Source: Octopus vulgaris (lineage: Eukaryota). From it: a stretch of DNA of 64,000 nt. Positions within the stretch are counted from its first letter, which is position 1, and each line of letters opens with the position of its first letter. The DNA is taken from contig OX597840.1 in the NCBI GenBank assembly GCA_951406725.2, positions 37,510,001-37,574,000 on the forward strand. Direction: 5' to 3'. This document shows positions 40,275 through 54,238 of this stretch, in pieces. Position numbers and translations under genes: made by a program. A model generated the notes under the pieces. That model was not told where the DNA came from. It searched no databases and saw nothing but the letters and a program-made list of their open reading frames with translations.

Positions 40275-40990
40275 TAATTTAAGTGAGAGGAGAAATCTAA
40301 TTGGCCTTACAGCTGTTTCTGTGAACGGACGATATTGTTTATTCTATATATCTCATACAATGTTATGCAGTCCATACAATGTTATGGAAACAGGCCATAC
40401 TATATGGAAATATGTAATAATGATGCTATAAACCGTTAACGTCCTCAGATGTCGTGATTTGAAGGCACGGTCGCCTCCCGAGTCATGTCATCTCGCTTCA
40501 CATTAATCTATTCAATTTTTTGACATAGCAATGAAATCGCTGATGAAGTAGATGACCAGGCACTGTTGTTCTTCGTTAAATCACAATATTTTGGCGGTTT
40601 CCTGAAAGCTAAATGTTCTATGAACATTTTTGATCGGGATGTTTTAAGAAGGATCATTTTACGAAATTCTTTGGATATTTTCCTAGCAATATAGATTGAA
40701 ACGGTCCGATGTTTGGGTGATCTGAGTCACATTCTCCTGTTAGCGTTCGCTCCCATATAGGTCCACTGGAACTAGTATGATATTGTGTACGAAGAATATA
40801 ATATTAGTAACAAGAGTGATCATGGCACATGTAATGTACATTACAGATATGGCTTCCCTGATTCTATACCAGAGACCCGTTTCATCATACATTTACCACA
40901 CAGAATATAACATGTTCCTTAACGGATCTGCTTATTGCATAACAGGAGATATTGATAATAAAACATTTAATTACGTCATTTTACGTGCGT
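40275..40990 (-). mobile_element. possible decayed Penelope-like element (H3-type hammerhead, possible ORF remnant)
   Basis: Minus strand has CTGAGGA..AACGG (~40430-40448) and, ~110 nt further, CCGTT.. GAAA CAGCTG TA AGGCC. Upstream is a faint TNIIFFV..YMG..R..R..H resemblance to a GIY-YIG domain. Confidence 0.35.
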
Positions 40991-41329
40991 TTCATTAACA
41001 ATCAGTGATTGTTAGATAAATAATATAAAGTATATATTCAACATGCGTTTACAGATACTCTAGAATGCATAACATTCGTTGTAACATTGCTGGATTTGTG
41101 ATAGTGATCTGAGAGGCCAACGTGTACACACACACAAGCATACACACATGCATATGTATAAGTGGATGCATATATATGTGTGTATATATACACATACATA
41201 TATATGCTCAAACACACAAACCAACTCGTAGACACAAGCACCCATATATGTATGTATATATATATATATCCCCCTACATGGCCTTGCTTTTTGCGTTTTG
41301 AGCCAAACAATTAACTAACTAACTAACGT

Positions 41330-41509
41330 ATATATATACACAGATATATATATGCATACATATATATACAGATATATATATGCATACATATATACAGATA
41401 TATATATATATATGCATACATATATACAGATATATATATATATATGCATACATATATACAGATATATATATATGCATACATATATACAGATATATATATA
41501 TATGCATAC

Positions 41510-41544
<35 letters not shown>

Positions 41545-41680
41545 TATATATATGCATACATATATACATATATATATATATACATATATATATATACAGA
41601 TATATATATATGCATACATATATACAGATATATATATATGCATACATATATATATATATATATACATACATATATATATG

Positions 41681-41720
<40 letters not shown>

Positions 41721-41804
41721 TATATGCATACATATATATATATATATAGATACACATATATATATGCATACATATATATATATATAGATACACATATATA
41801 TATG

Positions 41805-41835
<31 letters not shown>

Positions 41836-41836
41836 G

Positions 41837-41872
<36 letters not shown>

Positions 41873-41900
41873 TACATATATATATATACACATATATATA

Positions 41901-41992
<92 letters not shown>
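41330..41992. repeat. TA-derived minisatellite (CAGATATATATATGCATACATATATA units) ending in (TG)n
   Basis: Direct inspection. Confidence 0.95.
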
Positions 41993-41993
<1 letters not shown>

Positions 41994-42829
41994 ATAATGG
42001 GGTTTACTTAATAACTGCTTCGTTTAAAAACGACAAAAAACAACATAGACAACTCCATCAAAGTGAAGGTATCCTTTATGTAGAGGAGGGTGTGTTTATT
42101 AAACATGTGTGTTTGCGCCCGAATATCTTTTATTCTTTCAGTCTATAGCATTCATTCAATGCTTTTACGATATGTTGTAAATGTGAGTTTGATCTTTTTT
42201 TCTGTGGAAGAGAAAGACAGAAAAGAGCAAAGAATGTCTGGAGAAAATAAGAGAGAAAGAAAGAAGAAAACTGAAGCGAGACGGGCTGAAGGAAAGAAGG
42301 AAAGGGAAAGAAGAAAGGAGGAAAAGTGAAGGATAGAGGGGAAGAAAAGGAAGAAAAAAAGGGCTGTAAATTTGAAATTATTAAATAAGAAAAGAACGTA
42401 ATCGAAATTTGCATGAATCGATAATTTAATGATTTTGGTATTGATTTTTGACGTAATGATTCGTTTCGATTTGCGGAATTACTCGAAGGTGTATATATAT
42501 TAGTGATAGTGAGAGGTGGGTGGAGGGAGTGAATATGAGAGAAGGGTAGAAAGGAGGATGGATTTAAACATGGGTAAATACACAGATGTGAAGGGATAGA
42601 AAGAGTAAGGTCCTGGGTTTTATAAGGTGACAGGGACATAGATCGAGTGATGTTGAAATAAAGGTATTGGGAGACGGGGAGGGAGAATGAGAGACGCATC
42701 GTGGAGATAGGTAAGGAGAGGGAAATTGAAGAGAGAAAGGGTGGGGGAAATTAATGGGTAGATAGAAAAGAGAATATGCAGACGTGGGTACTTAGAGGAA
42801 GACGAGGTAAGAGTGATAAATACATAGGG

Positions 42830-42833
42830 AATA

Positions 42834-42878
<45 letters not shown>

Positions 42879-43171
42879 AGAGATGAATAGTAAGAAAGAC
42901 AGAATGTGATGAATATTGATAGATATATAAATAGGTAGGAGAGAGAGAGAAAGAGAGAAAAAAGAGAGAGCGCGATGCATACATACATGCATAGATATAG
43001 AGACAGAAAGACAGATAGATAGGCAGTGAGCTATATAGATAAATACATAGATCGATCGATCGATAGATAAATTTTCAAAGAGAGATGAGAAAACAGAGAG
43101 CGAGAGAGAGAGAGAGAGAAATTGATGAATAAACTGATAAATACAAAGATAAATAGACAGACAGATAGAGG

Positions 43172-43236
<65 letters not shown>

Positions 43237-43548
43237 CAAGAGAGAGCGAGAGAGAGAAATACATACAGAGACGGGGAGACGGATGAAATACAAAGATCGA
43301 TGGACAGATACAAAAATAGATATACAAAGAGAGATGAGCAACAAAATAGAGAGAGAGAGAGATAAATAGATAGATAGAGAGATCGATAGATCGATAAACA
43401 GATAGAGAGATACATACAGACAGCAGACAGACAGATAGACAGAAAGACAGATAGACAGGCAGACAGATAGATATGTTGTTAGATAGCTAGATAGATAAAT
43501 AGATAGATCGATAGATAGAGGGATAGATAAATATACAGAATTATGAGC

Positions 43549-43593
<45 letters not shown>

Positions 43594-44148
43594 CATACAT
43601 ACATACATACATACATATAAGACAGATATGGATAGACATATAGTTAGATAGGTAGGTAGATAAATAAATAGATACATGGACAGCTTGCCAAGTAGCTTGC
43701 TAGTTAGCTAGCTGGCTAGCTCGCTAGATAGATAGATTGACAGATTGATAGAAATTTAGACGGACAAAGAGACATATAGATAAATAAATGCGTACCGTCT
43801 TGGAAAATATAACGTGTAGTTGTGTAAAGAATATGTGGAAGCGTCTGATTGTAGCAGAAAGCAAAACTGTGTGTGTGCGGGTGTGTGTACCATTATCGGA
43901 TATTCGGAGAGAATGAGGGTGTATATGATTCCTGTATGTATACAGAACGACTGCTTGTGTTTCTGTGTGCGTGTGTGTGTGAGTGTATGTGTGTGAGTGT
44001 GTGTGAGTGTGTGTATGTGTGTGAATGTGTGCATGTGTGTGAGTGTGTATGTGCTTGTAAGGATATGTGCGTGTGAGTGTATGAGTGTGTGAGTGTATGA
44101 GTGTGTGAGTGTATGAGTGTGTGAGTGTGTGTGTGAGTGTGTGTATGT

Positions 44149-44211
<63 letters not shown>

Positions 44212-44500
44212 TGTGTGAGTGTGTGTGAGTGTATGTATGTGTGTGAGTGTGTGTATGTGTGTGAGTGTGTGTATGTGTGTGAGTGTGTGTGTGTGTGTGA
44301 GGGAGAGCGAGAGAGTGATAGTTAAATAAAAAGTGTGACAACAAGATAGATCTACAGAGATAGTGAAAGATATTGATATGGTGTTAGAGAGAGAGAGAGC
44401 AGTAACGACCGAAAGGGGAAGAATGAGAGAGAGACAGACAGACAGATAAACAGAGACAGGGAGAAAGAGAGATAGAAAGAGAGAGAGAGAGAGAGAGACA
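42830..44500. repeat. (GA)/(GATA)/(GACA) then (GT/GAGTGT) microsatellite complex
   Basis: Direct inspection. Confidence 0.9.
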
Positions 44501-44629
44501 TAACTCCAGTTTGTACTTGTATATGAATCTACCAGTTTCTGACTGTGAATGTGTGGTTGTCTGAGTGCGTGTATGTAACATTCAGTATTAGACACTATGT
44601 GTACACGCGCGCGTGTGTGTGTGCGTGTA

Positions 44630-44660
<31 letters not shown>

Positions 44661-45660
44661 ATACAAGAGCTTATTAGTACTTGTCTGTTTAAATGCATAT
44701 ACGATGCATGTTCCTGCATGTGTAAAGCAAGTGTGCTGCAGCGCATAGCGTTGCAAACGTGTATGCGTTTATTTATATGCGCGTATACATGCGGATATAA
44801 TAGCTGTATAGTTATCCATACGTATGTCTCTATGTTTATGACATTGCATGCTTCCATTCGCTTATATATATGTGTATATATATGCGTGTATTGTGAATAT
44901 ATATCATGGATATAACTTAAGTGTTCGAACATTAGGTCTTACGTAATTTTTTTTGAAGAAGCGTAAACAATTTTCTAATCAAATGAGACATTTCGTGGAA
45001 TAAATCGTGATGGTGTTGGTGTTGTTGTCGGTGGTGGTGATGGTGGTGGTAATGGTGGTGTTGAGGATTCATGGGTTGTCGATGTATATTAATGGCCGGT
45101 AGTGATATCAGAACATGGTGGTGGGGAAGGGGGGTGCTCAGGCGTGTTTTCCTGGTAGTGTGGGCGCTCTCGGTGGAGGTGGTCATGTCAATGATGATGA
45201 TGACAAAAGGTGAATAATGGCGACGGAAGATGCTGTTACCGGTGGTGGAGGTGTTATTAGCTGCTGTGGTTGTGTTGGGGATAGAGTTGCGGGGGAGGGG
45301 GTGATGGTGAATTTAATTAGGGAGGAAGAATGGTGATGGCGACGGTGGTGGTGGTGGTGGTGGTGGGGGTGGTTGTTTTTGCTAATTTTGATCTTAAAAA
45401 CACGGTTAGCAGTGGTGGCCATAGTGTTCATTCGGCGGAGACAATTAGAAAATTATTAATTACTTCTAATAAATTACTTGGAGAAATAATTACAAAGTTT
45501 GAAGGTGGAAAATAAAACACGAATATTACAGGAAAACAGATTTTAGATTAAAATCAGCGATGACGATGACAATAATAACAATAATAATAATAATAATGAT
45601 ATTAATAATGATAATAATAATATTAATAATGATAATAATAAAAATAATAATAATATTAAT

Positions 45661-45691
<31 letters not shown>

Positions 45692-45819
45692 ATATTAATA
45701 ATATCAATATTAATAATAATAATAATAATAATATTAATATTAATAATATTAATATTAATAATAATAATAACAATAATAATAATAATAACAATAATAACGT
45801 TAATAATGATAATAATACT

Positions 45820-45975
45820 GGTTTCAAATTTGGGAGCAAAACAAGTATATTTAGAGGAGGGTCTAAGACGATTATGTCGATCTGAATTTAACCTCAGGTG
45901 AGTTTGAACTCAGAACATGAAGACAGGCGAAATGACTAACCATTTTGCTTGGCGTGCTACTAATTCTGTCAGCTA
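45820..45975 (-). mobile_element. SINE family A, degraded
   Basis: GTTTCAAATTTGG..TTTGAACTCAGAAC..GGCGAAATG..GGCGTGCTA. Confidence 0.6.
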
Positions 45976-46164
45976 TTAATAAGAAGAAGAAAGAAGGGAG
46001 TTACAGAGATAATAGATTCGTTGATAAACAAATAAATATGTATATGTATATTATATATGGTAAACGAATAAGCGAAGATAGAAGATTCGTGTCTCCTATC
46101 TTGCAGTAAGCCATCAGGTATAAAGCATTCATGTTTTTATCCAATATATATATATATATATATA

Positions 46165-46285
46165 TATGTATTAGTATAACGCTCAGGAATAGAAAAAAGT
46201 CTTTTACGTTTCGAGCCTACGCTCTTCTACAGAAAGGGAAACAGAAACAACAAGGAGAGAAACATGGAGAGAAAAAAAATGTGTG
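46165..46285 (-). mobile_element. Penelope-like element 3' end with hammerhead-like motif (family H5, A6U core) between TA tracts
   Basis: Minus 46201-46236 reads cttt CTGTAGA a gagc gtag gctc GAAA cg TA aaag. Confidence 0.65.
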
Positions 46286-46301
46286 TAGTGGCTAACAATC
46301 T

Positions 46302-46366
<65 letters not shown>

Positions 46367-46520
46367 GCATATGTAGGTAGAGAGGAAGATATGTGTGTGT
46401 TAAAAGAATAAATAACAATGGACTGTTTACTGATTGGTTGACTGTAGAGTGACGGTAGAAATTGAAATTTTATGTTTTATGCGAAGATCAAGATGTAAAT
46501 TACTTTCATACCTAACAATA

Positions 46521-46583
<63 letters not shown>

Positions 46584-46584
46584 G

Positions 46585-46615
<31 letters not shown>

Positions 46616-47129
46616 AGGTCGCCAGAATATAAGAATATTTTTATTTATTCATTATCATCAGTGCATTCGTTCGTTTTTTCGAAAATCCCAACATAGAATT
46701 GAATTCTTGGAGAGGTCACCATCCCTGAACGCATGTCAATGCAATGGTAAATGATTAAATAGATAAATAAAAAATAAGTGAATAGTGAATACTTGTCAAA
46801 TTGAAGGGGAGCCCCTATCTTGTCCTCCTCTATCTATCTATCTACCTGTCTATCTATCTCCATTGTCTTGGAAGCTCATAAAAAAACAGCGTTCTCCTCC
46901 TCTAAACACCACAACAACAAAAAAGCAACTGTTTTATATAAACGAGCAAACTGTTTGCACATTCAGAAAATTTTAGTTGAAAAATTCGAAAAATAAACGA
47001 AAGCGCTAATAAAAATGAATAAATAATGTTTTTTTAAAATTATGGTGACCTCATATTTTCTCAATATACAGTATCTGTACACCATTGTTACACACTCGAT
47101 GCATGTATTATATATTCATACATATACTC

Positions 47130-47430
47130 TTTTTACTCTTTTACTTGCTTCAGGCATTTGACTGGCCATACTGGAACACCGCGTTTAGTCGAGCAAATCG
47201 AACCCAGGACTTATTCTTTGTAAGCCTGGTACTTAATCTATCGGTTCCTTTTGCCGAGCCGAATTACGGGGACGTAAACACACCAGCATCGGTTGTCAAG
47301 CGATGTTGGAGGGGACAAACACAGATACACAAACATATACAAACACACATACATATATACGACGGGTATCTTTCGGTTTTCGCCAACTAAATCCACTCAG
47401 AAGGCTTTGGTCGGCCCGAGGCTATATTTG
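47130..47430 (-). mobile_element. SINE family B, 5'-truncated
   Basis: Homologous to 39598-39910. Confidence 0.85.
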
Positions 47431-47535
47431 ACGACGCTCCTCTAAATAATATGGAATATTTTCACCGAGTGAGACGACATACCTAGTACGGTTTACACAT
47501 TAATATTTTTGTGCTTCATACACTTATCGCTGTTT

Positions 47536-47580
<45 letters not shown>

Positions 47581-48147
47581 GCGAGAAAGAAGCAACAAGA
47601 ATGGATAGGTTTTTAGTACAATCGTTTCATACAAGGACAGGCTTTATTAAAAGTTGCAAAAATTGCAGCATATAAACGTGTCCCGTACTCATCAGCTAAA
47701 ATACATGTGAGTTCTCTAGACATCCTAGTGGTTGAGGCTATACTCATGAAGTAATGTAGATAATTAAGTAACATCAACAGATTTCCAAAAGTTCATTAAA
47801 GTTCTTTAAAGATGATGTACAGTCTTATCACAGAATTTTAAAAAAGTCTTAATAGCATCACAGAGAAGGTGACTTAATCCATAGTGTACATATGAATTTC
47901 CAGAGATATGAGGAGGGATTACATACTCAAACGTTTATATGCTGCAATTTTTGCAACTTTTAATAAAGCCTGTCCTTGTATGAAACGATTGTACTAAAAA
48001 CCTATCCATTCTTGTTGCTTCTTTCTCGCTTATAATCACCCCACATTACTGTATTGTTAAAACCGTATAGTTTTTTTGGTGCATCTAAGTTAGGTACCAT
48101 ATTCAAGTAAATTCATTTAAATTAACTTGAATCTTTATTGCTTCTTG

Positions 48148-48148
<1 letters not shown>
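47581..48148 (-). mobile_element. Penelope-like element remnant with inverted pseudo-LTR, inserted in (TA)n
   Basis: Perfect 99-bp inverted repeat 47581-47679 / 47931-48029; hammerhead at 47611-47701; (TA)n on both sides. Confidence 0.8.
47611..47701 (-). ncRNA. type I hammerhead ribozyme (H4), canonical core
   Basis: Minus strand reads ttttag CTGATGA gtacgggaca ...(long stem II)... tgtccttgtat GAAA c gatt g TA ctaaaa; 6-bp stem I and GTA cleavage triplet. Confidence 0.8.
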
Positions 48149-48179
<31 letters not shown>

Positions 48180-48353
48180 CAAATTGAGATAGGGGTTGTG
48201 AGTACAACCCACCATGGGATAACATATCCAATATACTGCTAGTAAAGCACCCAACAAAGTTAATACATAAATGTTTGGTTTAATAAATTATGTGATTGGG
48301 CATTATCTGGTGGTTGATTATTGATTAAGATGTGTTTCTCCATTTACTTAATT

Positions 48354-48407
<54 letters not shown>

Positions 48408-48552
48408 GTGCGTTCATAGCTCTTTCTATTGAAACGGTCGATTGATCGAATGAGTAAACCGAATTCTGAATGCATCTAAGCTATATGCTTCAAACAGGTG
48501 TAAGACTACGATTTTCAAATAAATAAAAGTGTAAAGACCATTCTTTATGCAT

Positions 48553-48610
<58 letters not shown>

Positions 48611-49849
48611 GTGTATGTGTGTGTATGTATGTGTGTGTGTGTGTGTGTATCGTGTGCGTATGTATTTTAGGTATGATTAAGGCTAAATGGCTGCTTTTCT
48701 TTTTGCCAAACATAATTCATATATTTAATGATTTATCACCAAATTTTGTTTTATTCCATTTGCTTCATAATTTTTAATAATTATAGTCTTTTAGTTCTCC
48801 AGGTGATTCATGAATTGTGTGGGGGACCTGAAGGAATCCGTTTCGTTAAATCCATTTTTCTCAACAGAAAATGAAATTAAAATATATTTAAAAATTTTTT
48901 ATTGAACTCTCGGAAATGTTTCGAAGTACGACATTATAAAACTAACACAAAAAAGAATATCGCATATCGCATAATTCAATAAATTACATCATATAATATG
49001 ATATGATATATAATATTTATTGAACTAAAATAAATATTTTAAGAAAGAAGAGGAGCAAATATTTTATATTCTAGGAAACCAAAGAAGAGAAAATGAATAA
49101 GATAAATGGAAGATAGTAATTGTACGTGGTTATCAACCCTGTTAGAAATAGCAATGAAATATATGTTTCGTATCATACTTCGTCAGTGTAATTTGTTGGC
49201 TAAAGTATATTTTCTCTAGTTACTTATATTATGGGCATCTATAGAATTTAATCGCATTCCCAGTTTTCTTTCCTACGTTGGACATCGGAAATGTAAAGTT
49301 CCGACTAAGACGAAGCTTATTTATTTTTTTATCTGCAGTTGTCAATGTCAACAATATTACCCTCCCGTGTTCCAGAACACTTGTGTATCCCGTGACAATA
49401 TCCAACAATTCCAGACACAGCTAGTAATATATATTACACAATACTGTGTAAGCATTAACATATGTATACATACTGTTATGTTTTGGGCGCGTCATTGTGC
49501 CAATAATAATAAACACACGCACTGATTCAATATCACTTCCCTATTCTTAGTCAATCGGTAAGTATGTAACGATCGTTTGTTTTATATGTTGTTTAAAAAA
49601 AGCAATCGGTTTTTCATGAGAGTTTTCGTTTCACTACTCGCGACCTCATCAATAACGCGCCTTTTCTCTTCAAGACCTGCTTTGTTTAGACATTTAACCG
49701 GTAGACTGAAAACAAATATGTGATACACAACTACTTCCTATATTTATCATTTTTATTGAAGTAATGGCGCTTCCAAGACGCAACAACATTTGGTTTCAAG
49801 ATAGAAACTAACATAGAATATCGAACATGAAGAATTTTGGTTGAATGAA

Positions 49850-50405
49850 TCGACCACAGTACTATCCTTTTTTTTTTAGCCTGGTACTTATTCTATCGAA
49901 ACCTTTTGCAGAACCGCTAATGTACCGGGGCCTAAACATCAACAACAGTTGTCAAGCAATGCTAGGGAGACAAACACAGACACACAAACACATACACACA
50001 CATATATAAATATATATATACATATATACGACGGGTTTCTTTCAGTTTCCGTCTACCAAATCCACTCACAAGGCATTGGTCGGTCCGGGGCTATAGCAGA
50101 AGACACTTGCCCAAGATGCCACGCAGTGGGACTGAACCCGGAACCTTGTGATTGGTAAGCAAGCTACTTACCAGACAGCCACTCTTGCGCATATATATAT
50201 ATACATACACACACATCGGGCTTCTTTCAGTTTTTGTCTATGAAATCCACTCACAAGGCTTTGGACGGCCGAGTTTATAGAAGACACTTGGCTAGGTTGC
50301 TATAATGTAGGATTGAACACGGAACTATGTGGTTGAGAAGCAAGCTTCTTACCACACAGCCATGCCTGCGCCTATATATATGTATATATATATTTTTTTA
50401 TAGAT

Positions 50406-50441
<36 letters not shown>

Positions 50442-50680
50442 TCTTTTACTCTATTATTTGTTTGTCATTTGACAGCGGCCATGCTGGAGCACCGCCTTTA
50501 GTCGAGCGAATCGATCCCAGGTCTTATTCGTTGTAAGCCTAGTACTTATTCTATCGTTATGTTTTGCCGAACCGCTACGTGACGGGGATGTCAGCACACC
50601 AGCACCGTTTGTCAAGCAATGGTGGGGGGACAACCACAGACACACAGACACAGGCGCACACACACTGACACACACAGATC
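49850..50680 (-). mobile_element. cluster of three SINE family B copies/fragments
   Basis: ~49850-50190, ~50215-50372 and ~50445-50680, all homologous to 39598-40010. Confidence 0.85.
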
Positions 50681-51723
50681 TGTTGAATATTGTTTGCCAT
50701 TTTCTGTATTACTGTATTATTTGGACGTATTCATTATGGTGTGTCTCAGGGGGTCTCAGCCTCTGTTATTAATAATGTTTCTTTTGATTCGTTCCCCTAC
50801 CATTGCTATGTAATCTCCTAATGGCCGTGACTAAATGTAGGGTAACAGAGCGCAGCCGAACTGATCGCAAGAGAACAATTCCGGTTATTGAAGAACGACA
50901 CTCAATAAAGTTAAATGAGGAAGCGATGTCAAGCATGCGTGTCAAATATGTGGTATTTGGTCAGAGGCAGCGTTTATTAATTATTCATTTAATTTCTGTG
51001 AATTAAGGATCGTTTTTGCGTCCTGTCTTCGTATCGCGATCGAATTCCGTGTCACTGTTTAATAACAGGGTGTTAGAGTAACATCTCTGATCCTAACCGA
51101 AAGCATAAACGAATCTATTTCATGCGATGGTAGGTTTCAATGACGAAATTAGAGACCAATATTGGTTTCTCCATCTTACAGACTTGGTTTTCTAGAAAGA
51201 AAAGCGTGGCTTCGCATCGCGTTGTTCCCATTCCAGACCATTCTCAGATAACTTCGACAAGTGTCTTCCAATACATTTACCAATTTCTTATGCGCCGGAA
51301 CTTGGGAGAAAAAGTTGCAGAATCTAATTGAACACACACACACACACACACACACTCACACACACACAGACACACACATAAATACATATATATGTGCGTA
51401 TAGACACAAACTCATGTAAATACTCCATACACATTCATATATACGTAGATATACCCATGCACACATGTATACACACATATATATACACACACGCACATAT
51501 ATGCACACACATGCATATATATATACACATATATATATATATATACACATATATATATATACACATATATATATATATATACATACAGACACACATATAA
51601 ACACACACACACATATATTTACACACACATGTATATACACACACACATATACACACACACACATATACACACACACACATATACACACACACACACTCGC
51701 ATATATACACACAGACATATATA

Positions 51724-52850
51724 TTGGGTCAGCCCAAAAATAATGCTTTCTATTCTAGGCACAAGGTCTGAAATTTGGTGGCGGGACTTGTTCATCACAT
51801 CGACCCCAGTGTTTTACCGGTACATAATTTATCAAACCTGTAGTGATGAAAGGCAAAGTCGACATCGTCGGAATTTGAACTCAGAACGTAACAACAGACG
51901 AAATACTGCTAAGAATTTCGCCCGGCATGCTAATGAGTCTACCAGCTTATCGCCTTGATCATCCCAAAAATAATGTGTTTTTTCTTCAATTGCATCAACT
52001 AAAATCGGAGGCGGGTGGGATAAACTACCTGAATCAACTTGCAATAAGAGCGGGTAGTCATTTTACCATGTCTTTATTCGTAGAGCAAGTTTTCAAGTTC
52101 GATTTTAACAGTTATTTTTTCAAGGCTATAACAGAAGTGACAAAGGACCATCTTCGGCATATTTTGCTTCTCGAGATCAATAAAAGCAACAACGCAACGG
52201 AAAGTGCGAGGAATATTGGTGCAGAATACGGGGATTGAACAATAAGCATAAGCCAGTATCAACGGTTGTTTCAGAAATTCTAAGACGGGAACTACAGCCT
52301 AGAGGACGAGCCTCGTCTTGGAAGAACTGTAGAGCTCCTGCATACACTGGTGGAACAAAATCCCATCTTAACTGTTGGGGAATTAGCAGAGGTGCGTGGA
52401 TTTGGTCATTCAACTAGTCATTCAAGTTAGCGCTACAAGAAAAATGACCATCTTTGGTTTGAAGGCGAAAGGTATTCTTCCATCAGGATAATGCTCGGTG
52501 ACATAAAGCGAGGACGACATTCCAAAGGCTGGGGCAGTTTGAATGGGAAACGATGCCTCACCCACCATAATCGCCGGAAATTCCCTCATCTGATTATCAT
52601 TTATACTGCAGTCTTCCAAATCATTAGGACAGAAAAAATATGAATTCTGTAAACGAGGTGATAACAGTATTGAAAGAGTATTTTTCGTTACAGAATTTTG
52701 GAAGAGGGGTCTTGCAAGTCTACCAGATATATGGAAGAGCATTGTAGAAAATAAACGAGAGTATACTTTAGATTAAAAACGAACATTGTTTATCTTAATT
52801 TTGAAAAATAAAATTATCAAAAAACTTGTATTATATTTGAGATGATGCAA
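51724..52850 (+). mobile_element. decayed mariner (Tc1/mariner) transposon with transposase pseudogene
   Basis: N-terminal HLRHILLLEINKSNNATESARNIGAEYGD..QRLFQKF*DGNYSLEDEPRLGR; FHQDNAR*H; PP*SPEIPSSDYHL (YSPDLAP.DY motif); C-terminal FWKRGLASLPDIWKSIVENKREY. Left TIR TA|TTGGGTCAGCCCAAAAATAATGC, degenerate right TIR. Confidence 0.9.
51746..51956 (-). mobile_element. SINE family A inserted in the mariner left TIR, 17-bp TSD
   Basis: TCAGCCCAAAAATAATG (51729-51745) and TCATCCCAAAAATAATG (51959-51975) flank a full copy with tail type 2. Confidence 0.9.
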
Positions 52851-52855
52851 AACGG

Positions 52856-52909
<54 letters not shown>

Positions 52910-54004
52910 TTATTAAATGTAATGTTAAGACAACAAAAGAATGAATGAGACCTCGATATTATGTAAATAGAAGAATTTATGTGTAATATAATTGTCACAC
53001 ACGCTCATACACACACATATATATATATACATGAATTTTTACAAGGAAAGGAGGGAGAGTGAGATCAAAATTCGACTTGGTCTCAGTTTTCTTGTCTAAT
53101 GTCAGCGAGTGAAGCTAAAACTTCGAAGTTCCTGACAAACGTTACTATATAAAAATTTAATAACTATATACTCTAATAAAAACTATGGAGTAATCTCTCA
53201 GTTTAATGATAAATTGCTTTTATAGATAACATCCTGTTAAAATAAATATTATATACGCCTGTATGTGTGTGTCTAGATATATTCACAGATTAAGTGTGTG
53301 TATGTATATATTTATATATTTACAAATGCGTGTGCGCTTGCTACATGTATTTTCCCATACACATACGTACGGATACACACAAATACACACTATAACTGCA
53401 TTAACAATATCTGTTTTTATTAATCTACGATTTATTACAAAGTAAATGTAAAGATTTTCAGCGTGTACTGCATGTGTAAACACGTATAGATCTCCTCTCT
53501 TTGATACAATTTATAATAGTATTTTATATAAATTAAACTTTGGTAAAATATCTAAAATATCCAGTATATTATAATATGAAATACTAAATAAACGAAAAGT
53601 GACTAAAAGTAAAAAAAAACAAATAGATAATCATGAAAAACTAACAGCAATAGTGTCTTTTTTTTAATAATGTTACGAAAGATATGGAAATAGTGTTAAT
53701 GCACCAGTAGCTTGTTTATTGAACTGACGGCCAAGACTACAATAATATGCAAATCAGGTTTTCCGATTTACTGCAGTTTTTAATAATAGTAGTTTTGTAA
53801 GCGATACTTCCGTGAACAGTGAAGAACGTTACTTGCTTGTCGAGAAGCTATCTATGTCGGAATGGAAACTGGTCTTCGTTCGTTCTCATTTGTCTGTTCA
53901 TCAAATACACAAATCACAGTTGCCCGACATATGTCAACATATGTTTAAAATCCTGTTTTTGTAGAATAAATATATATATAAGATAAACGTATATATAAGA
54001 GATA

Positions 54005-54162
54005 TATGAGTGGCTGTGTGGTAAGTAGCTTGCTAACCAACCACATGGTTCCGGGTTCAGTCCCACTGCGTGGCATCTTGGGCAAGTGTCTTCTGCTATG
54101 GCCCCGGACCGACCAATGCCTTGTGAGTGGATTCGGTAGAAAGAAACTGAAAGAAGCCTGTC

Positions 54163-54238
<76 letters not shown>

